From a bacterium (GTDB lineage: Bacteria > Patescibacteriota > Minisyncoccia > Phycocordibacterales > UBA1006): a stretch of DNA of 64,000 bases. The stretch spans positions 54,734 through 118,733 of the forward strand of contig JBAWXN010000002.1 of NCBI GenBank assembly GCA_037144045.1. The letters run 5' to 3'. The translations under genes were made by a program, and so were the position numbers. Under the pieces are notes generated by a model, which was given only the letters and a program-made list of their open reading frames with translations, made no database searches and was not told where the DNA came from. This document shows positions 10,324-20,272 of the stretch, in pieces; position 1 is the stretch's first letter, and each line of letters starts with the position of its first letter.

Positions 10324-10983
10324 ATGCCAGATAAATCATTTCTTAACCCAACGCTTGTGGTAGACATTGTATTATTCACCATTGAGGACGGTGATTTGAA
10401 AGTCCTCTTGATTAATCGTGACGGTGATCCTTTTAAAGGATTTGAAGCACTTCCCGGAGGTTACCTCCTTGCGGGTGAAACAACCAAGACTGCTGCAGAG
10501 CGAGTCCTCAAGGAAAAAGCTGGAGTATCCGATATTTATATCGAACAGCTCTACACGTTTGATGAACTCAATCGTGATCCTCGTGGACCAGTATTTTCAG
10601 TAACCTACCTTGCGCTCGTTCCGCCAGGACTCAATCCTGAAGAACAAGGAACGCAACATCCTAAATGGTTTTCCGTGAAAAAACTTCCTAAGTTAGGATT
10701 TGATCACAAAGCCATTATTGATTACGCTAAGGAACGTCTTCAAGGAAAAATTGAATATACTACTATTGCATTTGGAACCCTCCCTAAACTATTTACCTTA
10801 ACCCAAGTGCAGCAAGTATACGAAGCGATTCTTGAAAAAGAAATTGATAAACGAAATTTCCGTAAGAAGATCGACCAACTTGGCTTCCTTAAAGAAACCA
10901 AGCAAACCCTATCTGGTATGCGCCAGCGCCCTGCGAAGTTGTACACCTTAGGTGCGAAATCTAAAACGATTAAATTGTTTTAA
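10324..10983 (+). CDS. nrtR: Nudix-related transcriptional regulator of NAD metabolism
   Basis: Nudix domain (ALPGG, EQLYTF, RDPRG, FDH) plus wHTH (FTLTQVQ.VYE, DKRNFRKK, RPAKLY). Confidence 0.92.
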   Translation: MPDKSFLNPTLVVDIVLFTIEDGDLKVLLINRDGDPFKGFEALPGGYLLAGETTKTAAERVLKEKAGVSDIYIEQLYTFDELNRDPRGPVFSVTYLALVPPGLNPEEQGTQHPKWFSVKKLPKLGFDHKAIIDYAKERLQGKIEYTTIAFGTLPKLFTLTQVQQVYEAILEKEIDKRNFRKKIDQLGFLKETKQTLSGMRQRPAKLYTLGAKSKTIKLF

Positions 10984-11036
10984 CAAAAAACCCTGTCACT
11001 ATGTGACAGGGTTTCCGTTTTACTAAACGAAAAAAA

Positions 11037-11486
11037 TTAAAGGTTTTGAAGTATCACCAGCGCTTCGTCTTTTGTAATAATTTTATAGTTATTACTGTCT
11101 GAAACCGCAGTATAGTCTTCTTTACCATCTTCAAATCGAACATGGTAGCACAGTCGTAATGTGCCATCATCAAGCTTGAAGAATACTACTGCAATAATTT
11201 CAGCAGGCACATCTCTTCTAAAAGAAAAACTATGTGTGCCAACTAAATATGCTCTTTCGCACTTGGCACGATTTAGATGATCTTCTACTTCTACTTCTGT
11301 TGCAAAAATTGGCTTTAAGCCCGGAAGGAGTTCACCATTATCAGCATAAGCATTGTCACCTAGCCGCTTGGTTTTGTACGGTAAATTATCGAAATGAATC
11401 ATGTCATTTCCGCCAGGGTTGTGATTCATAACAAACACCTCGCCAGGTTTAAGTTCTGGATGATTTTTATTGAATTGCATTCGCAC
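11037..11486 (-). CDS. hypothetical protein
   Basis: 149-aa ORF with no recognised motif. Confidence 0.55.
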   Translation of the reverse strand: MRMQFNKNHPELKPGEVFVMNHNPGGNDMIHFDNLPYKTKRLGDNAYADNGELLPGLKPIFATEVEVEDHLNRAKCERAYLVGTHSFSFRRDVPAEIIAVVFFKLDDGTLRLCYHVRFEDGKEDYTAVSDSNNYKIITKDEALVILQNL

Positions 11487-11553
11487 ATTTTTAGTTAAAC
11501 AAAGAAATACACTTATTTATAATATCATAAATAAGTGTATTTGTCAATATATC

Positions 11554-12138
11554 TTATCGATACAAGCCTTTTTCCTCGATATAATCATGCACCGCCTGCG
11601 GAATTACTTCTGTGGGTTTTTGATTTCCAGAAATCATGCCCCGTACATCGGTTGCGGATAGTTCTAGAACCCCCGGTAAAAAGGTTGCACGAATACCATG
11701 AGGCACGTCTACAGGAATATTTGAACGATTACGCACAATTAAATCGTGATACGTAACAATTTCATCACCGTATTCCCATGCCAAGATCGATCGCAAGATA
11801 TCATCCCCGGCAATGATTGAAAACGCATAATCAATATGTTTTGCTCGCAATGCACGCAGCGTGTGAAACGTATATGATGGCCGAGGCAGTTCGTCTTCGA
11901 TATCGCACACCTGCATATCCGGATTACTTACCGTTGCACGTCGTACCATTTCAAGGCGGTCTTCGAATGGAGCAAGGCTCCCTAATGGTTTATCAGGATT
12001 ATGTGGCGAAACCACATACCACACCTCGTTCACTAATCCTGCATCAAGGGCCGCTTGCCCAAGTGCAATATGACCGTTGTGAACAGGGTTAAATGAGCCA
12101 AAGAGTAAGCCAACTTTTTTCTTTTCTGCGTATTTCAT
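11554..12138 (-). CDS. nadD: nicotinate-nucleotide adenylyltransferase
   Basis: GSFNPVHNGH, SPHNPDK, PSYT and LSATDVR motifs. Confidence 0.92.
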   Translation of the reverse strand: MKYAEKKKVGLLFGSFNPVHNGHIALGQAALDAGLVNEVWYVVSPHNPDKPLGSLAPFEDRLEMVRRATVSNPDMQVCDIEDELPRPSYTFHTLRALRAKHIDYAFSIIAGDDILRSILAWEYGDEIVTYHDLIVRNRSNIPVDVPHGIRATFLPGVLELSATDVRGMISGNQKPTEVIPQAVHDYIEEKGLYR

Positions 12139-12210
12139 AGGAATACTATAGCACAAGGAGCTACATTGACTTTTTATATAATATGTGATTAATTATAAAA
12201 AAATTTACAA

Positions 12211-13077
12211 ATGAAGAACAAAACAAGCACGTTTTTTGCACTCATCCTGAAATCACCCAAACTTCTGAAACTTTTCAAAATATTAAAATTAATGAAGTTT
12301 GCAAAACCCATGGTGACCATCATTACTATTGCAATTTCAATACTGGCATATTCTATCGTTTATAGTCCATGGATAGCAGTAGGACTCGTGACACTCATTT
12401 TTGTACACGAGATGGGCCACGTCATTGCAATGAACCGACTCGGATTTAAAACAAGTGGACCAGTATTCATACCGTTTCTAGGTGCCGCACTTTTTGCACC
12501 GAGAGACATGACCAGAAAACAAGAAGCCATTCTTGGTATTGGCGGTCCACTACTCGGTAGCCTCTTTGCTTTTCTTGTTGCCGGTATTGCATACCTTACA
12601 CATTCAAAAGAACTCATGATGATCGGTTATCTAGGTATTTTTATAAACCTATTTAATATGGTACCTATTAGTCCCCTTGACAGTGGAAGAGTTACTCAGG
12701 CGGTTGGTAAATTTTTTCCAATTATTGGCTTCTTAATACTTATCGGTGTCACGCTTGCTTTTAAATCTCCGGGGATACTCCTTATTTGGATCTTAGTTCT
12801 TTTTGATTTTACCTTCATGAAGGTTCAGCTACGCTTCTTTTTTGCTCTAATTGTTGAGCTTGCCATGATTTTCATGTTAACTCAAGGAATTGGCATTAGT
12901 GACGATGGTCAATTTTGGTCAGTATTCGCAGACGTAATTATTGGTGGCCTTTACTTATTACTCATTGGAGCAAGTATTGCCTCTGACGCAAAGAAGACGG
13001 AGGAAGTTTTTCTGAAGGCGCAAACCGCGAAGCTCTTACATTTAAAGAAAAACTGTTCTGGTTTTTTACATGGTTAA
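12211..13077 (+). CDS. site-2 protease (M50), possibly frameshifted near the C-terminus
   Basis: HEMGH and NLFNMVPISPLDSG motifs; multiple TM helices. Confidence 0.85.
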   Translation: MKNKTSTFFALILKSPKLLKLFKILKLMKFAKPMVTIITIAISILAYSIVYSPWIAVGLVTLIFVHEMGHVIAMNRLGFKTSGPVFIPFLGAALFAPRDMTRKQEAILGIGGPLLGSLFAFLVAGIAYLTHSKELMMIGYLGIFINLFNMVPISPLDSGRVTQAVGKFFPIIGFLILIGVTLAFKSPGILLIWILVLFDFTFMKVQLRFFFALIVELAMIFMLTQGIGISDDGQFWSVFADVIIGGLYLLLIGASIASDAKKTEEVFLKAQTAKLLHLKKNCSGFLHG

Positions 13078-13259
13078 GTACATCTACAGTTTTACTGGTG
13101 TCATTATTCTATATAAAAAGCTCATTACAAGTTTTTGCACTTACTTAATATATACCTCCCTACAATTTTGCGGGGAGGTTATTTTGTTACTTGACTTTAA
13201 ACGTAATTCATGCTATTGTGTATACGGAAGTTTTTCCAAAACAAAAAATTTAAGAAACA

Positions 13260-13799
13260 ATGAAAGGAGCACTTATCGGATTTGGACTTTTTGCCGTAAT
13301 TGGCTTAGGCCTATTTTTTTACTACATCGGTTTGAAAAACACTGAACAACGCCAACGTAACGCAGTAAATGCACAAACACAGGCAGCGCAGGTTAATTTT
13401 GACGCCATGTGGAAAATCATTAAAGAACAAGCCGGTGTGGCTGATAAGCACAAGGATGCATTTAAGGAAATTTTTATTGGGCAGGCAGAGGCTCGCTATT
13501 CAAAAGACGGGAACCTTATGTTCAAAATGATTACCGAAGACAATCCTGCTTTCACACCCGAACTATATGCAAAATTAATGACTTCTATTGAAGCAAACCG
13601 TAAGGCGTTTGAATTCGAACAGAAAAAATTAATTAGCATGAACCAGGTGCACACCGATTTTGTAACTACATTCCCCGGTAGCATACTTGGCAAAGAAGTA
13701 ATTGAAATTAAATTAGTAACTTCAGCCAGAACAAAAAATGCTTACGAAACCGGTGAAGACAACGAAACATTAATTGACGAGAAGAAACCCACTAAGTAA
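13260..13799 (+). CDS. membrane-anchored helical protein, LemA-like
   Basis: N-terminal TM helix, amphipathic helices and a TFPGSIL motif resembling LemA FP. Confidence 0.55.
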   Translation: MKGALIGFGLFAVIGLGLFFYYIGLKNTEQRQRNAVNAQTQAAQVNFDAMWKIIKEQAGVADKHKDAFKEIFIGQAEARYSKDGNLMFKMITEDNPAFTPELYAKLMTSIEANRKAFEFEQKKLISMNQVHTDFVTTFPGSILGKEVIEIKLVTSARTKNAYETGEDNETLIDEKKPTK

Positions 13800-13802
13800 C
13801 CC

Positions 13803-14939
13803 ATGGTAATATACGGAGCCGTACTTATCTCGATTATTGTTACCGCGCTCCTCTTCCTTTATTTTAGAAAGCAAATCGCGTGGTGGGAATATTTTATTCC
13901 CATCCCGGTTTCTTTACTATTAGTAATTGGAATGAAGGCCATGATTGAACAAACCCAAGTAACCTCTACGGAATACTGGGGCAGCATGGTTGCGCGCGTT
14001 GAATACTACGAAGACTGGGATGAGTGGATCACTCAAACCTGCTACAAAGAGTGCTGCTGTGATAAAGATGGTAAAAACTGTGGTCAAGAGCCATACGACT
14101 GCTCCCACAGAGACTACCATTCAGCCTACTGGCAAATCATTACTACAACAGGAGAAACGATTTCGATAACCGAATCGGAGTACGCCCGTATCAAAGGCAT
14201 ACTTGGCAATGAAACATTCAAAGATCTTGGTCGTGATTATTACACCAAGGACGGAGATGAATACTATTGCACCTGGGATGGGAGTGAAGCAAAAGCAATA
14301 CCTGTTACAACGGTTCACAGTTACGAAAACCGCGTAAAAGCAACCGACCTCAACGTGTTTCACTTTGACAAGGTTGATGATAGTACTAAAGTTCACTACG
14401 AACTGAAAGACTATCCCGGCATGGTAAACAATAACTACACTCAAAATTCATTACTCGGAGATAATTCCCCCGATGCAGTCCAAGCTAATAAAAAGCTTAA
14501 CTACATCAACGGGAAACTCGGACCTAAAAAACAGGTTCGCGTATTCCTCCTTGTTTTCAAAGACCAACCACTTGATGCAGGAATGTACCAAGAATGGTAC
14601 TGGGCCGGAGGAAACAAAAATGAGTTTGTGGTATGCGTTGGCATTGACCGTAACCGTAATGTTACCTGGTGCAAACCTATTAGTTGGACGTACAACGAAA
14701 CACTTAAGGTTGAGACCCGTGATTTTGTTACCCAGCAGAAGCAAGTGAACTTAACCGCTATCGCCAACTACTTGGAATCAGCCATAGATACCAAATTCCA
14801 AAGAAGACATTTCAAGGAGTTTAACTATCTAACGGTTGAACCACCAACGTGGGCCATTGTTCTTACCTACATCATTACTCTATTAGTCAATTTTGGAATC
14901 GGCTACTGGGTAATCAATAACGAATTTGACGAAGAGTAA
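13803..14939 (+). CDS. hypothetical membrane protein (two N-terminal and one C-terminal TM, Cys-rich loop)
   Basis: 378-aa ORF coupled to the LemA-like gene; CYKECCCDKDGKNC loop and WAGGNKNE motif. Confidence 0.65.
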   Translation: MVIYGAVLISIIVTALLFLYFRKQIAWWEYFIPIPVSLLLVIGMKAMIEQTQVTSTEYWGSMVARVEYYEDWDEWITQTCYKECCCDKDGKNCGQEPYDCSHRDYHSAYWQIITTTGETISITESEYARIKGILGNETFKDLGRDYYTKDGDEYYCTWDGSEAKAIPVTTVHSYENRVKATDLNVFHFDKVDDSTKVHYELKDYPGMVNNNYTQNSLLGDNSPDAVQANKKLNYINGKLGPKKQVRVFLLVFKDQPLDAGMYQEWYWAGGNKNEFVVCVGIDRNRNVTWCKPISWTYNETLKVETRDFVTQQKQVNLTAIANYLESAIDTKFQRRHFKEFNYLTVEPPTWAIVLTYIITLLVNFGIGYWVINNEFDEE

Positions 14940-15075
14940 TCTTCATATCCCTTCTCTTAATTGAGGAGGGATTTTTTTAGGTAAATAAATCCAGTCCATT
15001 TTCTAACTATTGACTTTTATCTATTAATATGTTATATTAGTATAGATAGAGTATACAAAATATCATGTCTGTGAT

Positions 15076-15096
15076 ATATTGTACTTAATACACTAA
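15076..15096. promoter_or_regulatory. putative NrtR operator 2
   Basis: TATTGT-acttaat-ACACTA (one mismatch) overlapping an extended -10 (TGATATATT) upstream of pncA. Confidence 0.65.
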
Positions 15097-15124
15097 TTAG
15101 TTCATCTTAATAAATTTCATCAAT

Positions 15125-15748
15125 ATGATTGCATTCCTAATTACCATTCTCTTTCTGGTTGCCATAGTATATGTCCTTACCAGAATTATAGCTCTACTAA
15201 ACATCGACATGCAAAATGGTTTCACTCCAGGCGGAGAGCTTGGCGTGAAAGAAGGTGACGTAATTATACCAATAATTAACCGACTCACCTTCTGGTTCAT
15301 CCATATCTTTCGCGCTCTTGTCGTATTTTCTAGAGACTGGCATCCGCGTGTTTCTAAACACTTCAAGGAATTTGGCGGCAATTGGTCAACCCACTGTGTA
15401 ATTAATACACATAGTGCGGAATTCCATAAGGATTTGTTTGTTCCGAAAAATGCCAACATTCTTTCAAAAGGTTTGTACGAAGACGACCAAGCCTACTCGG
15501 CATTCGATAAGAATGCTCGCATCAACGGCATGGACCTAGCCACCTACTTGCGCAAGAAAGGAATAAAGATCCTCTTTGTCACCGGTCTCGCAACAGACTG
15601 GTGTGTGAAGGAAACTGTCCTAGATGCGCGAAAAAATGGATTCTGGGTATTTGTAATCACGAGCGCTATGCGTCCCGTGAATTTGAAACCTGGAGACGAA
15701 GAACGTGCCATCAAGGAAATGAAGGCCGCCGGTGCCATCATTATCTAA
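15125..15748 (+). CDS. pncA: nicotinamidase
   Basis: IDMQNGF, RDWHP, WSTHCV, SKG, YSAF and GLATDWCV (D-K-C catalytic triad). Confidence 0.9.
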   Translation: MIAFLITILFLVAIVYVLTRIIALLNIDMQNGFTPGGELGVKEGDVIIPIINRLTFWFIHIFRALVVFSRDWHPRVSKHFKEFGGNWSTHCVINTHSAEFHKDLFVPKNANILSKGLYEDDQAYSAFDKNARINGMDLATYLRKKGIKILFVTGLATDWCVKETVLDARKNGFWVFVITSAMRPVNLKPGDEERAIKEMKAAGAIII

Positions 15749-15816
15749 TTTCCAAAAACAGCGCCCGGCTAACCCGGGCGTTTTTATTACTCTAAGTTCG
15801 TGATATATTTAATTTT

Positions 15817-17136
15817 ATGACAACCAATAGAACTACAGAAAACCCAAAAACATTCTCAAGTCTTAATCTCGGACAGCTCGACGATTCGATGTTGAACGGC
15901 CAGATTGTTACTTCACTTCTTGAAGATGACTTTTATAAATTTTCCATGGGACAGGTGCTTTTCGACCATCCAGAATATGGCAATGAAATAATGGTTTGGC
16001 GATTCAAATGCCGAACTAAAATCGCACTTGGTGAATATATTACCGAGGCAGATTTCATGAACGAATACCACCATGTCACGAAACTGCGAGCAACAAAGAC
16101 TGAACTACATTACCTCCGAGGAACCAATGAATACGATGTCCGCATGTTTACTGAAGAGTACCTCGAACACCTTGCAAATCTCCAGGTACCTCCCGCAACA
16201 TTTCATGTAACCCCTGATAATCATATCGAAATTGAAGTCGCAGGACCATGGAGTCATGTGATGCATGCAGAAATGCCCATTTTGAAAATAATCAACACCC
16301 TCTTCTATCGCAGTCAGTTAAAAAATATGTCTCGGATACAACGAGAAGCGATCTATGCAGAAGGAATTAAACGACTCCATGGAACGATACAGCAAATCAA
16401 GGAGCATCCGCATGTTAAATTTTCTGATTTTGGAAACCGTCGCGCATTCGGACCCGTGTGGCATGATTATGTAGTGGCTCGATGTGCGGAAGAATTAGGT
16501 GACCAATTTATTGGGACTTCGAACGTTGCCCTTGCATCTAAATATGATCTGTCACCTATCGGAACCTGTGCTCACGAACTTTCTATGGGAATCACTGCAC
16601 TTATGTTCGACGGCACCGGACAGTCCGTAAAGGATTCACTCAACCGACTCCATGAAATTTGGTGGAATAAGTATGGTCAAGGACTCTCAATTAGTCTTCC
16701 CGATACCTACGGCACGACATTCACCCTTGATCTTATGACGGAACAAATGCTCCGCGACTGGAAAGGATTCCGTATCGATTCCAAAGACCCCATGGTGGCT
16801 ATTCCCGAATTGATCGAAAAATATACCGCTCTAGGTATCGATCCAAAAACAAAAATGGCAATTCCTAGTGACGGGCTCACTGTTGAATCAATGATCGCCA
16901 TCGCTGATACATTCCAAGGACAGATGAAAGTATCGTTTGGTATTGGAACGAATCTTACGAACAATATGGGTCTCAAACAACTCTCTATTGTGGTAAAACC
17001 ATATTCACTCGGAGGAAAATACTGCGTGAAACTTTCCGACAACCTCGAAAAGGCTATGGGAGAACCAGAGACCGTTGCTGCTTACAAGAAAGCACTCGGA
17101 TATCACGAAACCTATGACAAAGAAACTATTGTTTAA
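15817..17136 (+). CDS. pncB: nicotinate phosphoribosyltransferase
   Basis: DDFYKFSM, DFGNRR, GTSN, GTCAHE, PDTYG, RIDS, SDGL, FGIGTNL and VKLSD motifs. Confidence 0.92.
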   Translation: MTTNRTTENPKTFSSLNLGQLDDSMLNGQIVTSLLEDDFYKFSMGQVLFDHPEYGNEIMVWRFKCRTKIALGEYITEADFMNEYHHVTKLRATKTELHYLRGTNEYDVRMFTEEYLEHLANLQVPPATFHVTPDNHIEIEVAGPWSHVMHAEMPILKIINTLFYRSQLKNMSRIQREAIYAEGIKRLHGTIQQIKEHPHVKFSDFGNRRAFGPVWHDYVVARCAEELGDQFIGTSNVALASKYDLSPIGTCAHELSMGITALMFDGTGQSVKDSLNRLHEIWWNKYGQGLSISLPDTYGTTFTLDLMTEQMLRDWKGFRIDSKDPMVAIPELIEKYTALGIDPKTKMAIPSDGLTVESMIAIADTFQGQMKVSFGIGTNLTNNMGLKQLSIVVKPYSLGGKYCVKLSDNLEKAMGEPETVAAYKKALGYHETYDKETIV

Positions 17137-17264
17137 GTAGTCTAAAAAAGATCCTAAGAAGGGTCTTTTTTGGTTGTTAAAAACAAGTATTGACTTTTCG
17201 TAAAAATATTATACAATAATTTCAACAATTCCCTTTTACGTTCATTCATAAAAAAATTATATCC

Positions 17265-18926
17265 ATGAATTCACCAAACGAACAAACACTGAGAGATGCT
17301 GTTTTTGATAAGCTCTCACAGATATTCGAGTTAATTCCGGACGCGACTCAAGATTTATGGAGTGCAGCCACTCGTGGAGCATTCCCTACTGAAACCCTTG
17401 CTGCCATCTACGATGACCTTGGGCTATTTCTGGATTCATATCCCGAATACCGAAGACTTGTGTTGTACATCCCATTTGAGTTACTACCCTATTGCAATGA
17501 CAACTGCACAGTTATGAGTGCGAAACTCAACCAATCTGCACAAACATTCCTCGTCTCTTACCTCAAGAGATGGAACGAGTTACTACACATCAGTGATGTG
17601 CGTGCTAATTTCATGAACGGAGACGTTCCAGAAGACCACCTCTTAACTGAACCCCTGCATCGCACGACCAAAGCAGCGCAGTTGATTCCCTTGCTCATAC
17701 GTAAGAATATTCTGTCTCGAAAACACGCTCAAACATTGTGGCTCGAGTCTGATGGGTTACTTAATGAGACCCTCACAGAAGTTCTTGGTTATACAAGCGT
17801 GCCCACACCGGACGATCTATTTTCTTCATGCGAAATCATTGAGAATCAATTTATCGTTGATAGTCATAATCTGACTGATGCACGAGCAAACTGGCTACGC
17901 CAGGTGCGCATCCATGCACTTACAGAAAAAAATGCGTTGCAGCTTGTGGAAAAAATCAAATTAGGTAATGGTTCGATAGATGATCTGAAAAAATATCTAT
18001 CGGCTCATAGTAGTCCTACGGTTCACCAAACAGGAATTATAGCTCTTCGTGAATATGCTCAGCATCTCGCAAAGACTGACCTGTTATCGGCTCAGCAGTT
18101 AGCAAGCTCGTTTGCAGAACTATTAACAGCGTTATGGGAGACCGCTTCTCATGAGAACAAGGACCTGATAGGAACTCTCGTATCGCATTTTGCATACTTG
18201 AAAATAATTCCGGAAGATAGTTCTTTGTTGCAACTAACTCAGATCCCTTTCCCGTCATTTGCGCGCTTCTTTATAGAAACAACCCATGAAACGAATCAGC
18301 TTTTGGATGAACTGAAACGATTAACTTTGACTATTGAGACCGATGAAGTATCGCAGTATGTCTATCCAATAATTATTGCGTATGGTTCGCAGATAAAAGG
18401 ATACAGTGGAATTGGTGCAGACATTGATAGTGCTGTACTTATAAAACCGGGCACTGAGGTTTCGAAGCGTGAATATATTCATGAAAGGCTCAGTCAGATT
18501 CTGGTCCATGAAAAAATAAAAGAGTTGCCAACTGAGTTTTGGATTACTGAAAGTAACGGAACCATTGGTATTCGAGATTATAAAAGTTTCTCGCATCCTG
18601 ATAATCAGATTGGTGATTCATTATTTATTCATATCCTGCTTCAATGTCCCTGGATCGGAAACAGTGAACTGATTCAGTTACTCAAACCAGCAGTTCACTC
18701 TATCTATACTCGAAACACGATTCCTACCAATCGAAATCTTTGGGCAGAATCACTCGAACACGATATCATTCAGTATCGACTCCTACACAAAGGCTATGCG
18801 AGACTGTTTCCTAAACAAATTCCGGCCACACTTCCTAATGTTATTGATGTTGAAAGTACGTTCTGGGATTCTGGATTCAGAAGACTTGCAACACTTTTGT
18901 ATATCAAGAAGGTCATAGTTCCGTAA
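17265..18926 (+). CDS. hypothetical protein with C-terminal Pol-beta-like nucleotidyltransferase motif
   Basis: YGSQIKGYSGIGADIDSAVL fits the hGS-x(9-13)-DhD signature. Confidence 0.55.
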   Translation: MNSPNEQTLRDAVFDKLSQIFELIPDATQDLWSAATRGAFPTETLAAIYDDLGLFLDSYPEYRRLVLYIPFELLPYCNDNCTVMSAKLNQSAQTFLVSYLKRWNELLHISDVRANFMNGDVPEDHLLTEPLHRTTKAAQLIPLLIRKNILSRKHAQTLWLESDGLLNETLTEVLGYTSVPTPDDLFSSCEIIENQFIVDSHNLTDARANWLRQVRIHALTEKNALQLVEKIKLGNGSIDDLKKYLSAHSSPTVHQTGIIALREYAQHLAKTDLLSAQQLASSFAELLTALWETASHENKDLIGTLVSHFAYLKIIPEDSSLLQLTQIPFPSFARFFIETTHETNQLLDELKRLTLTIETDEVSQYVYPIIIAYGSQIKGYSGIGADIDSAVLIKPGTEVSKREYIHERLSQILVHEKIKELPTEFWITESNGTIGIRDYKSFSHPDNQIGDSLFIHILLQCPWIGNSELIQLLKPAVHSIYTRNTIPTNRNLWAESLEHDIIQYRLLHKGYARLFPKQIPATLPNVIDVESTFWDSGFRRLATLLYIKKVIVP

Positions 18927-18996
18927 AAAAAAATCATACAAAGAAAAACCCGCACGTAATCGTGCGGGAATTTTTATTTAATTGGAAAGGATAACC

Positions 18997-20190
18997 TTAT
19001 ACTCTTGTACGAACTTTACCATTACCACCAATTCCTGATAAGCCTTTGTCGAGCTTGTCCCATGGAATGGTCGCACCTAACTGAATCATGGCCGCAATAT
19101 AACGGTATTCTTCATCAGGAACAGTAATTTTAGGGAATTCGATAATTGCCAAGGTGAAGCGAGTAATGTTTCTTTCTAAGCGAACATAATCGGCACCAAC
19201 TGCAATATCAAGCTGCTTCAGCATTTGATCGCGATTGATTGCGCCTACTGCGGCAGGAAGAGATGGATTCTCTAAAACCTCTTTAATGCGCGTAGCGTCA
19301 TAAGCCAAGGCTTTTGCAATCGGAATACCGAGTCCTGCAAACACCTTATTAATGCTTTCATTCACTGCTTCTGCTTCGTCATGCAAGCCGTTAGTTTCTG
19401 GTGGGGTAATCATACCAGACATTAAGCCAGTCTTTCCACCACCTAACTGTCCCATTAATAACATCGCAATATTGGCACTACTACCCGCTCCTGCATTGTA
19501 TGCTTCAAGCCACTGTGAAAGCATTTCGTTGAAGCCACGCAATGAACCCCAAAGATTTGCTTCTAATTTTGCAAGAAATGCTTTTTGGCGAGCATCGCTC
19601 ATGAATGAGCCTTCGATTCCCATAGCGTTCAATACCTCAGCATAACTTCTGGTAACAACCAGCTTTTGAAGCTTAAAGTACTCAGCTCCTACCGGTTCAG
19701 CTTGCTCTTCTGCAAACACTTCCATTTTTTCTTTGATAATCTTTGGGAGTCCAAACAGTCCAAGCTTATTTGCTATTCCTGCTTTTACAGCAGAAAGCAC
19801 TTCAGTCTTTCCTACTTTCAACTCACCACCAACTTTCAGAGAAGCAACAAAGCTTTCATCTTCGGGCACACTTGGCAATACTGCATCATACGCATTTGGA
19901 GTAGCACGTTCCTCTGCAACTACAACCGGCGCACCGCGCAATTTAGCGAGGTTCAACTTAAGTTTCCCTAATGGGATATTAAGCGACCCAAGCGCTTTAA
20001 TTAATTCCTCATCGCTGAAAGCTTCCTTACTGGAAAGCACTTCGAGAGCCGCAGTAGCTGATTTTTCATCCACTGGATCGCCAGTGTGAACTGCAAGCAA
20101 CGCAGAAATTTCATCGAGGTTTTTTTCTACCGCCTCGGCAAAGGGCTGAACTCTGTCGTTCCAACCCTTAAAATAATTTGTTGTACTCAT
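18997..20190 (-). CDS. hypothetical helical protein (397 aa), candidate NrtR-regulon member
   Basis: Long ORF with its own promoter (TTGACA at 20255-20260 on the minus strand), operator and terminator. Confidence 0.75.
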   Translation of the reverse strand: MSTTNYFKGWNDRVQPFAEAVEKNLDEISALLAVHTGDPVDEKSATAALEVLSSKEAFSDEELIKALGSLNIPLGKLKLNLAKLRGAPVVVAEERATPNAYDAVLPSVPEDESFVASLKVGGELKVGKTEVLSAVKAGIANKLGLFGLPKIIKEKMEVFAEEQAEPVGAEYFKLQKLVVTRSYAEVLNAMGIEGSFMSDARQKAFLAKLEANLWGSLRGFNEMLSQWLEAYNAGAGSSANIAMLLMGQLGGGKTGLMSGMITPPETNGLHDEAEAVNESINKVFAGLGIPIAKALAYDATRIKEVLENPSLPAAVGAINRDQMLKQLDIAVGADYVRLERNITRFTLAIIEFPKITVPDEEYRYIAAMIQLGATIPWDKLDKGLSGIGGNGKVRTRV

Positions 20191-20272
20191 TACTTTTTCT
20201 TTTTTAGTTTAAAAATACAATTTCTACAATCAAGATATCCCATTTAAAGATATTTGTCAAGCAACCTGTGGA

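Noticed and set aside
11505-11542. Fifth NrtR box
   Set aside because: The half-sites are in the opposite order (ACACT...AGTGT) with a longer spacer; more likely a hairpin after nadD or another operator.
6571-17136. Phage NARP1 (Adps + Namat)
   Set aside because: The PRTase has PncB motifs and comes with pncA, nadD and nadE, which fits Preiss-Handler salvage better. The analogy is functional only.
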